A stretch of 64,000 nt of DNA from an uncultured Candidatus Saccharibacteria bacterium. GTDB lineage: Bacteria; Patescibacteriota; Minisyncoccia; Phycocordibacterales; UBA9973. The notes below the pieces were generated by a model. That model worked only from the letters and a program-made list of their open reading frames with translations, did no database searches and was not told the origin of the DNA. The stretch lies in NCBI GenBank assembly GCA_964527185.1, contig CAZGOI010000001.1, positions 87,166-151,165 on the forward strand. Direction: 5' to 3'. Positions 1 through 7,190 of the stretch are shown piece after piece (the first letter of the stretch is position 1; each line of letters begins with the position of its first letter). The position numbers were made by a program, and so were the translations under genes.

Positions 1-345
1 CAAAAAGATTTTTGAAAAAAAATATCGGGTTTACTAAAATATCCCAGCTATTGAATCGCAGAAACCGGCCGAGATATATCCCAAATGAAGAAAATAAAAT
101 CACAGAAGCAACTGCGATTGATACTTGCTTGTTTGAATATTTTGATCGCAATATTTTTTCAATATATAAAATAGAATAGAAGCCAAAAAGCAACCCGACC
201 CAAGCGCAAGCGAAAAGCAAAAATGTGTCGTAGATCGGTAAGCCGCCGTGGGTGCGAGTGACATGCACAATGTCGGTCACGATGTATGGCGCGTTTGGCA
301 AAAGCAGGAGCCACAAAATCCCTAGTAATATTTTTTTTGTTGTAT
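1..345 (-). CDS. partial polytopic membrane protein (its C-terminal part lies beyond the window start)
   Basis: An open minus-strand frame runs off position 1. Translation: ..LLGILWLLLLPNAPYIVTDIVHVTRTHGGLPIYDTFLLFACAWVGLLFGFYS.., which is hydrophobic and helical. The start codon was not located. Confidence 0.3.
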
Positions 346-536
346 CTAGTTTATTGTGTTGGTAAAAATAATATATTAGTGAGCTTACAAGAAATGGAAG
401 CGTGGAGAGCGCAATATTAAACAGCAAATAGAGAAAATATGTCGATTGAAAAATTAGAACGCGAAGCAGGTTTAAAATAATTGCGAGCGCCGAAAGCCAA
501 AGTAATTCATTTGGAAAATAAAATTTCTTTTGCATG

Positions 537-1055
537 TTACTTTTTTAAATGTTTTGAATATGATTTTAGAAGATCTGACGAGCTTCTGACCTTGCCACCG
601 TGGCCAACATTGAAAACCATTTTTATTCCTAGTTTTTTACAAACCTTAAACTCTGGAATATTATCTGCAAATCTATCTCCGCCATTGGCAAAAATATCTG
701 GTTTGATTCTTGCTAGGTCTTTGGCGACGCTCATATCCTTTGGGTTTTTGGGGTGGCTCGAGATGGCTACTTTATCGACACAAGAAAGCGCTTCGATGAT
801 TTCTTTTCTTTCTTTTTCGTTCATAAATTCTTTACCTTTCTTTTTTCGCAGCCAATTGTCGTTGTTTAAAATAACTATCAGCCTATCACCCAGGGCTTTT
901 GCTTTTTGCATATATCTGATATGTCCGATGTGGATTGGGTCAAAACCACCACTGACGACTACTGTTTTTATATGTCTTTTTAGTTTATTATTATTTTTTT
1001 TAATTTTATTCACGTAAATTAAAATTACGAAAGAGTAGATGTACAAAAAGCGCAA
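537..1055 (-). CDS. cytidylyl/adenylyltransferase-family nucleotidyltransferase (TagD / RfaE-domain-II-like)
   Basis: VVVSGGFDPIHIGHIRYMQKAKALGDRLIVILNND matches the HxGH nucleotidyltransferase motif. The true start may be a GTG near 1013, which would avoid overlap with mscL. Confidence 0.6.
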   Translation of the reverse strand: MRFLYIYSFVILIYVNKIKKNNNKLKRHIKTVVVSGGFDPIHIGHIRYMQKAKALGDRLIVILNNDNWLRKKKGKEFMNEKERKEIIEALSCVDKVAISSHPKNPKDMSVAKDLARIKPDIFANGGDRFADNIPEFKVCKKLGIKMVFNVGHGGKVRSSSDLLKSYSKHLKK

Positions 1056-1426
1056 CGCTTAGCGTCTATTGGTATCTCACTTAGGCACTCCCCGCATTTC
1101 TTAGTTGTCGGGTCGATCGGGGCTTCTTTTCTTGTGCGAGAGATGAGAGCGTTGATCGGAACAATAACAAAGAAATATATGGCAAGTGAAACGAGTAGGA
1201 ATGAAATGAGGGCGTTTAAGAAATTGCCGTACATAAATTTGCTACCGTTTATGGTAAAAGATAAGTTAGAAAAATCTGGCGCTTTGACTATCGCCCCTAT
1301 CATTGGAGTCAGAATGTTTTCGACTAGGGCTTTGACGACTGCACCGAAGGCCGCGCCCATGACCACACCGACCGCCAGATCGATAACATTGCCGCGAAGA
1401 ATAAATTGCTTGAAACCTTTTATCAT
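1025..1426 (-). CDS. mscL: large-conductance mechanosensitive channel MscL with a C-terminal CxxC-x10-CxxC tail
   Basis: N-terminal FKQFILRGNVIDLAVGVVMGAAFGAVV is an MscL signature, followed by a second transmembrane segment. The C-terminus reads KKCGECLSEIPIDAKRCAFCTSTLS. Confidence 0.85.
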   Translation of the reverse strand: MIKGFKQFILRGNVIDLAVGVVMGAAFGAVVKALVENILTPMIGAIVKAPDFSNLSFTINGSKFMYGNFLNALISFLLVSLAIYFFVIVPINALISRTRKEAPIDPTTKKCGECLSEIPIDAKRCAFCTSTLS

Positions 1427-1560
1427 ATTTTTTATTTTAACTAATTCTAATTTTTAAAGTATAGCACTCAAGATAAAGATTTCCACTGATTTGACAATGA
1501 GTATAAAATGGATTATAATAAGAAAAAATAAAATTCAAAACAATTTAAAATTTAACGCTT

Positions 1561-2001
1561 ATGAAAATAGTTAGTAGTTTTGATCCTAAAGTCAGGATTT
1601 ATGAGACTCCCATGCCTAAATTCGGCATAGGAAAGTTGAGAACTTTTTGTAGATTGTTCCACATGGATCCAGAAAAAGATTTGTTGGTGGAAAAAACTGG
1701 AAGATATTTATTGCTTGGAAGAATCGTATTGTGTTTAATACCGGAAGTGGTAAAAAAAATAAAAAAAGAAAATCCAGACTTCCATCTCAACAACGTCCAC
1801 CGCATTGATCCATCTTATAGTAATGGGGGAGGTATCCAGGAAAACCTTAAAAACCCTATGTGCATTGATGATAACTTGCTTTTCAGAATCCAGAGAAAAT
1901 GCAGCCACAGAAACAATAGCGTTACCTCTGTGATAGAAATTTCACGAGATGGTTATATTGTTTTTGCGGGTACATTCATGTTGACTGAAAAAGCGGTGTG
2001 A
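1561..2001 (+). CDS. hypothetical protein
   Basis: 146-aa ORF with no recognisable motif. A hairpin terminator follows it. Confidence 0.4.
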   Translation: MKIVSSFDPKVRIYETPMPKFGIGKLRTFCRLFHMDPEKDLLVEKTGRYLLLGRIVLCLIPEVVKKIKKENPDFHLNNVHRIDPSYSNGGGIQENLKNPMCIDDNLLFRIQRKCSHRNNSVTSVIEISRDGYIVFAGTFMLTEKAV

Positions 2002-2020
2002 AATAATTAAATCCCTATGA

Positions 2021-2054
2021 TAAGCCCTGATTTATCTTTATCGGGGCTTTTTTT
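2021..2054. terminator. rho-independent terminator shared by convergent genes
   Basis: Hairpin agccctgat..atcggggct followed by a T-run (ttttttt). Confidence 0.5.
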
Positions 2055-2056
2055 AT

Positions 2057-2806
2057 TTATCTAAAACCAAAAATTAGTTTGAGGCCCAATACGGTCCCAA
2101 CGATAACAAACATGAGTTTGATAAATTTATTTCCTTTATATTTGGCGTAGCGCGAGCCGGCATAGCCACCGATGAGCGAGCCGAAAACAGCGGGTGCCAT
2201 GATAGCCGGGCTGTAGTAACCCTTGTATATATATAGTATGGTCGCAAATACTTCCCATGGGAAGGCGACTGAATAGTAGTAGCCTAGAGCATTTATAAAA
2301 TCAAAACCTCGGGTCTTGAGGCCGACAATTGCAAACATAATGCCGTTGCCAGAACCAAACAACGATTCATAGAACCCAAGTATCGGCGCAAAAATATAAG
2401 ATAGGGTTTTAGAAAATTTTGAATAAGTTTTCTCGACCTCCAGACCCATTTTTTTATCAAGCAGAGTGTATAAAACGAGTATCAATATGAGTATCCCAAT
2501 AAAAATTTCCATCGTCCGCTGGTTTAAGCGCAAAACAATAATAACCCCGAGATAAACACCGATCAGACCGATGGTGCTAAAGAGTGCCAAGAATTTCCAA
2601 TTGACAACCCGGTCTTTTAAATAATTTCTTGAAGCCGGCAGAACCCAAAAAATCGAAGAAAGTTTTTGGGTTGACATAGCCATCGGAAAAGAAATCCCGA
2701 GCCAGCGCATAACCGGAACCATAACAACCGAGGCTCCCCCGCCCGACATCGAGCTCAATAAGGTGGCAAAAATCGAAACCAAAAAAATTATCAGAGTGTG
2801 GAGCAT
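2057..2806 (-). CDS. TauE/SafE (DUF81) family sulfite/anion exporter membrane protein
   Basis: Polytopic membrane protein with repeated GGG/GxG segments: SMSGGGASVVMVPVM and FGSGNGIMF. Confidence 0.7.
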   Translation of the reverse strand: MLHTLIIFLVSIFATLLSSMSGGGASVVMVPVMRWLGISFPMAMSTQKLSSIFWVLPASRNYLKDRVVNWKFLALFSTIGLIGVYLGVIIVLRLNQRTMEIFIGILILILVLYTLLDKKMGLEVEKTYSKFSKTLSYIFAPILGFYESLFGSGNGIMFAIVGLKTRGFDFINALGYYYSVAFPWEVFATILYIYKGYYSPAIMAPAVFGSLIGGYAGSRYAKYKGNKFIKLMFVIVGTVLGLKLIFGFR

Positions 2807-2829
2807 TGTATTTTACTTTCTGTTTTTTT

Positions 2830-2893
2830 AATAATGAAAAATTGGCCGAACGTCTAACATTATAGCAATAAGAAATTTAAAATGATATTATAG
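2830..2893 (+). promoter_or_regulatory. copy A of a 64-bp near-identical intergenic element, putative promoter of the ECF sigma operon
   Basis: taataatgaaaaattggccgaacgtctaacattatagcaata..aaaatgatattata recurs at 4721..4784 with 2-3 mismatches. It is preceded by a T-run and ends 48 bp upstream of the sigma-factor ATG. Confidence 0.45.
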
Positions 2894-2941
2894 AACCACA
2901 ACAATTCTTGTAAGAATTTAAGCTATGAAACGTCTTAATAT

Positions 2942-3457
2942 ATGAGTGTAGAGATAGAAAAAGAATTTATAGAAGCCTGTGGAATTTATTCAGATGCCCT
3001 ATTCCGCTACGCCTTTTTCAAAACAAGGGACCGGGAGACTTCAAAGGACCTGGTCCAAGACACTTTCACAAAAACCTGGGACTATCTTAGGAAAGGTAAC
3101 AATATAGACAATCTAAAAGCTTTTTTCTACAAGACACTCTCGAATTTAATAATCGATTTTTATCGTAAAAATAAGCCTGAGCCACTCGAGTCAATCATCG
3201 AGGCTGGCATGGAACCAGGTTTTGATGGTGAAACTCAAATTACAGATAAAATAGATATAGGGCTGGCGCTCAAGTTGCTCGACCAAATTCCCAGAGAATA
3301 CAAAGATGTGCTAGTCCTTCGCTATGTTGAGGAATTATCAATTAAAGAAATTGCAAACATGCAGAACGAATCAGAGAATACTATAACGGTCAGAATCCAT
3401 CGGGGGGCAAAGAAGGTCAAGCAAATATTTAAAGATAAAACAAAAGGCTATGAATAA
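2942..3457 (+). CDS. ECF-type RNA polymerase sigma-70 family factor
   Basis: Region-2-like LVQDTFTKTWDYL..FFYKTLSNLIIDFYRK and region-4-like VLVLRYVEELSIKEIANMQNESENTITVRIHRGAKKV. Confidence 0.8.
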   Translation: MSVEIEKEFIEACGIYSDALFRYAFFKTRDRETSKDLVQDTFTKTWDYLRKGNNIDNLKAFFYKTLSNLIIDFYRKNKPEPLESIIEAGMEPGFDGETQITDKIDIGLALKLLDQIPREYKDVLVLRYVEELSIKEIANMQNESENTITVRIHRGAKKVKQIFKDKTKGYE

Positions 3458-4661
3458 AATTTTTAAAAAAATTACAGAGGAAATGAAAGGTGCATCTCTT
3501 AGACAAGACGAGAAGGATGTTCTTTTATCGAAAATATCATCATACATGAGAGAAAACCCTATAGAACAAGGGGTGGCTTCGCCATATATAGGCCCTGTAA
3601 TAAATACCGATCCTGTCCGTCATATAGAGTATAACAACGATTGGTCAAAGTTGTTTACATTATCAACATTAAAACAAAGAAAATTTATGCCGATTCTAAT
3701 AATACTTATGTTAGTGCTTGGGGGTGGCACATCGTTTGCTGCAAACTATGCCCTTCCGGGTGACGCTCTATATGGAGTTAAAACTCATGTCAATGAAAAT
3801 GTCAGATCGTTCCTAGCTTTTGGTGCCAATCAAAACGCAAAGGTCGAAGCTGATATTGCTCGTGAGAGACTCGAAGAAGCAGAGAAGCTTGCCATCAAGG
3901 GAACAATCAGTACGGATGTGAAGAATGAACTTGAAAATAATTTCAATCTTCATGCCGGTAATGTGAAAGCTCTTGTTGCAAAAATGGAGAGCAACGGGGA
4001 TCTCAATGGTGCTGCTCAAGTTAATTCTAATTTCGAAAACACGCTTGATGTCCACGACGCGATCTTGATCGCAATTGCAAAATCAGATCAAGAAGATAAA
4101 GATAAAATCGATGATCTCAAAGCCGACGTCGATGCACATCTCAAAACTACAGTTGAAGCTCGTGTAGAAAATGAACAGAAGGTAGTTGCTTCAGATAACG
4201 CAAATATTGAAGCAAAAGCCCAGGGTTCACTTAACGCTGCAAGCAATAAAATTGCTGAGGCTAAAAAGTATCTTGAAAACAATAGTTCTGATGTCAGTGC
4301 TGAAGCCAAAGCCGAAGCAACTGCTGAACTAAAATCAGCCGATGATTTGGTTGCCAGTGGTAAAGCCAAGCTTGAAGCAAAAGCATACGCTGACGCCTAT
4401 ATACTCTTTGACAAAGCTTTCAGGATGGCAGAGCATGCCAAGCTCATCTTAAACTCTGAGAATGACTTGAACATAAATACAGGCAACTTACTGAAAATAG
4501 ATTACCGCCAAGACATTAATGGTAATGATAATTCTGCTAGCGGAAATGGTGGTACAAAGGTCGAGACAAATATAAATTCACAAACTGGAGTACAAACCAA
4601 TTCTGGTACTAAGGTAGAAAACAAGACTAATGTCGGGGGCTCAATTAATTTAGGATTATAA
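3450..4661 (+). CDS. membrane-anchored coiled-coil protein, putative anti-sigma factor (DUF5667-like)
   Basis: Its start overlaps the sigma-factor stop by 8 nt. It has a short cytoplasmic N-terminus, one transmembrane segment (FMPILIILMLVLGGGTSFAA), and a long Ala/Lys/Glu-rich repetitive coiled-coil ectodomain. Confidence 0.45.
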   Translation: MNKIFKKITEEMKGASLRQDEKDVLLSKISSYMRENPIEQGVASPYIGPVINTDPVRHIEYNNDWSKLFTLSTLKQRKFMPILIILMLVLGGGTSFAANYALPGDALYGVKTHVNENVRSFLAFGANQNAKVEADIARERLEEAEKLAIKGTISTDVKNELENNFNLHAGNVKALVAKMESNGDLNGAAQVNSNFENTLDVHDAILIAIAKSDQEDKDKIDDLKADVDAHLKTTVEARVENEQKVVASDNANIEAKAQGSLNAASNKIAEAKKYLENNSSDVSAEAKAEATAELKSADDLVASGKAKLEAKAYADAYILFDKAFRMAEHAKLILNSENDLNINTGNLLKIDYRQDINGNDNSASGNGGTKVETNINSQTGVQTNSGTKVENKTNVGGSINLGL

Positions 4662-4690
4662 TAGAAATCCTAAAACTCTATCAATAAAAA

Positions 4691-4721
4691 GACTCGCCTA
4701 GGTGAGTCTTTTTATTTTTTT
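4691..4721 (+). terminator. rho-independent terminator after the sigma/anti-sigma operon
   Basis: gactcgcctaggtgagtc hairpin followed by ttttatttttttt. Confidence 0.55.
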
Positions 4722-4784
4722 AATAATGAAAAATTGGCCGAACGTCTAACATTATAGCAATAATAAATTCAAAATGATATTATA
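4721..4784 (+). promoter_or_regulatory. copy B of the 64-bp element, immediately upstream of the ankyrin gene
   Basis: Near-identical to 2830..2893. It ends 8 bp before the ATG at 4793. Confidence 0.45.
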
Positions 4785-4792
4785 AAAGCATA

Positions 4793-5341
4793 ATGACCGA
4801 GAAAAAATATTCACCAGATGGTAAAGGAGGAGGTGGTATTGCTCTGACAAAAGACATGCTTCAGGGTTTAGCTGATTTGGGCTATCCGAAAAGCATGAGA
4901 AATACTATTGATTATTGGAATGCTGAGGAAATAATAAAAAAACAATTATCATATAAAAAAATTGATATTGGGGTATCGGAAGAAGAAAAGACAGATGAAG
5001 TAAAAAAAGATATAGAAAAAGATTACAGGAGTATTGAGCACAGTGGTGCTGATAAATTTAAAGCGGTTTACAATTTGAAACCCGAGGATTTAGAAAAAGC
5101 TCTTGAGTTTGATGATAATGTAAATGAAAAAGATGACGGCGGCGATACGATGCTTCACATTGTTGTAAATATGGCTTTTGGAGATTTCAAAAATGCCAAA
5201 AGGATTATTGAGATGCTAAAGAAGAAAGGTGTAAATATTTTTCTTAAAAATATAGATGGATTGACAGCCATAGATATAGCCGAACGCAGATCAGAGAAAA
5301 CGCCTGAATATAAAGATATTGTTGATGAATTGAAAAATTAA
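4793..5341 (+). CDS. ankyrin-repeat protein
   Basis: DGGDTMLHIVVNMAFGDFKNAKRIIEMLKKKGVNIFLKNIDGLTAIDIAERR fits the ankyrin-repeat consensus (TxLH..A....G....LL..GA..N..D..G.TA.D.A). Confidence 0.55.
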   Translation: MTEKKYSPDGKGGGGIALTKDMLQGLADLGYPKSMRNTIDYWNAEEIIKKQLSYKKIDIGVSEEEKTDEVKKDIEKDYRSIEHSGADKFKAVYNLKPEDLEKALEFDDNVNEKDDGGDTMLHIVVNMAFGDFKNAKRIIEMLKKKGVNIFLKNIDGLTAIDIAERRSEKTPEYKDIVDELKN

Positions 5342-5393
5342 TTAAGTCACTTTAACTTACCTTTATGCGCTTCTATTGCAAATTCTGTCGCTT

Positions 5394-5969
5394 TTATAAA
5401 GCTCCTAGTTTCTTTAGCGCGTCTACCACAGGGCCAATAGGCAAACCTACTAAGGCAAAATAATCACCGTTAATTTTACTAACAAGCAATGCTCCTTTTT
5501 CTTGAATGGCATAAGCCCCGGCTCTATCTAGTGGTTCTCCCGTTGCAATATATTCATCTATTTCTTTTTCAGATAGCTTTTTAAAATAAACTTCTATGAC
5601 TTCTGCTTCAGATATAATTTCTCCATTTTTACAATTTATTAAACTATATCCAGTGATGACTTGGTGAATTTGTCCACTCAACATGTTTAGCATATCCTTG
5701 GCTTTTTCTTTTGTATGGGGTTTACCTAAAACTTTATCTTTGTACGATATAAATGTGTCGGAACCGATCACTACTACGTTCTCATCTTTATGTCTAGCGG
5801 CTACTGCCTCAGCTTTACCTAAGGATAAATATTTCGCAAGGTCAATAGGATGCATGTCTAGCGTCATATCTTCCTCATATGATGATGGTTCAGTATCAAA
5901 TTTAATTCCAATTTGCTCTAGCAATTGTTTTCTTCTTGGGGATGTGGATGCCAGAATAATCTTTTTCAT
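5394..5969 (-). CDS. maf: Maf-like nucleoside triphosphate pyrophosphatase
   Basis: MKKIILASTSPRRKQLLEQIGI..VIGSDT..GKP..GAYAIQ are Maf signatures. Confidence 0.85.
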   Translation of the reverse strand: MKKIILASTSPRRKQLLEQIGIKFDTEPSSYEEDMTLDMHPIDLAKYLSLGKAEAVAARHKDENVVVIGSDTFISYKDKVLGKPHTKEKAKDMLNMLSGQIHQVITGYSLINCKNGEIISEAEVIEVYFKKLSEKEIDEYIATGEPLDRAGAYAIQEKGALLVSKINGDYFALVGLPIGPVVDALKKLGAL

Positions 5970-6109
5970 AAATCTAGTATAGCAAAATTATGAAATAAAC
6001 TGATGTTAAATTATTTTCTTAAATTTAAAGGGGTGTTTTTAATTGCAAGGACCAAACTAATTCTCTCTTTCACTTGGTTTGGGTGGTATTAGGCGAGTCT
6101 TTTTATTTT

Positions 6110-6603
6110 TTATTGCGGATCAACACCTCGCCAGAGGTTGCTGGTATTTACAGAATGGTTACCAGATGCTTTTACATATAGAAATAGCTGCATTTTGTAT
6201 GCCACAAAATTTTTGAGAAGCGCAAGAAGGAAAAGGGCTTTAGATTGCGTCGTACCAAATCGAGTGATGACTTTGCTTAACTCTTCATCTGTAAATTTAT
6301 CAAAAAGTACTTTCATTTCTTTTTCTTCTTTTTCCATACGCTCGATGAAATTATCAAGAGTTGTAGCTTCCCTACTTTCTTTCAATTTTCTTTCAATTCA
6401 TCAAAAAGCTTTGGGTTGTCTTCGAGGGTCGCACGCATTGAAATCGTCCCCATCTCACTGAGATAGTGCAGGAGTTCCAGTGTTGTACGTTGTTTTTCTG
6501 TTGGCTTGTAATCTGATTTGCCGTGTGGAATCTTTTCGAACAAATGCTTTATAATCCGAATTTCATTTTCAAAAGACGCCCATATTTCTTCTCTTGTATA
6601 CAT
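6110..6603 (-). pseudogene. DinB/YfiT-like protein gene disrupted by an 11-bp tandem duplication
   Basis: Two adjacent ORFs (6382..6603 and 6110..6385) sit in different frames. The unit ttctttcaatt occurs twice in tandem at 6377..6398. Removing one copy fuses the frames into ..PKLFDELKESREATTLDNF.. (about 162 aa). Confidence 0.5.
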
Positions 6604-6637
6604 AATTTAATTTTGTTTATTAATAATTTTTTCTCTT

Positions 6638-6711
6638 GGGTGCCTACTGGGATTTGAACCCAGGCTGAGAGTTCCACAAACTCTAGTGCTAACCATTACA
6701 CTATAGGCACC
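6638..6711 (-). tRNA. tRNA-His (anticodon GTG) with G-1
   Basis: The reverse complement GGUGCCUAUAGUGUAAUGGUUAGCACUAGAGUUUGUGGAACUCU..GGUUCAAAUCC..AGGCACC folds as a cloverleaf with anticodon loop UUGUGGA. There is an extra 5' G opposite C73. CCA is not encoded. Confidence 0.8.
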
Positions 6712-6767
6712 ATGTGCGCCGCGAGGCGTGACAATGTTATACCAGAAAAACATTTATAAATCTAGTT

Positions 6768-7190
6768 CTAGCGGGCGACAAATAGGTGGATATATGAGAT
6801 AAGTCCGATCAGAAAAGATATAGCGGCCGAGAGCAGGCACCAGGTGCACCAGTGGCGCAAGACAAAGGCTTGCAGAGAAACCAAATAGATAGAAAAAAGT
6901 ATGGCGCACAAAGAGAGGCCAAATAAAAATATAGACAGCGGAGTCGACCAAAAACCAAACACATACGAGGCGCTATATACAAAACCGATGAAAAAATAAT
7001 AGAGCATGCCTAGTATTTCAACTCGAACCCCTAATATTTTTGAATAATCAGAGTGTATAACAGTATCACAGTCTGACTTCATCGGGCAGATCATTTTTTT
7101 CTTGCTCTTTTTCTTGGAAAAAATATAGAAAGACAAGATGAAACCAAATAGGCCAAGAAGACTAATTAGATTGATGAGTAGGTTATGCAT
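6768..7190 (-). CDS. vitamin K epoxide reductase (VKOR) family disulfide-bond-forming membrane protein
   Basis: A polytopic protein with the CxxC redox motif (HWCTWCLLSA) in a transmembrane helix, plus a loop Cys pair (CPMKSDC). It lies directly downstream of the large extracytoplasmic protein gene. Confidence 0.7.
   Translation of the reverse strand: MHNLLINLISLLGLFGFILSFYIFSKKKSKKKMICPMKSDCDTVIHSDYSKILGVRVEILGMLYYFFIGFVYSASYVFGFWSTPLSIFLFGLSLCAILFSIYLVSLQAFVLRHWCTWCLLSAAISFLIGLISYIHLFVAR

Noticed and set aside
481-1017. A 178-aa plus-strand ORF.
   Set aside because: It is antisense to the well-supported nucleotidyltransferase gene. Its composition is low-complexity and hydrophobic with no motif, so it is a shadow ORF.
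4088-4369. A 93-aa minus-strand Ala/Ser-rich ORF.
   Set aside because: It is antisense to the repetitive coiled-coil anti-sigma-like gene. It is a compositional artefact of that GC-richer repeat region.
2830-4784. Whether the two 64-bp repeats are a CRISPR array or a rearrangement artefact.
   Set aside because: There are only two copies and they are 1.9 kb apart with genes between them, so this is not a CRISPR array. Each sits in a promoter position, so a regulatory element is the favoured reading.
6091-6113. ggcgagtctttttatttttt resembles the 3' half of the terminator at 4701..4721.
   Set aside because: No complementary 5' arm is present, so it does not form the same hairpin. This is probably chance similarity of T-rich tails and was not called as a feature.
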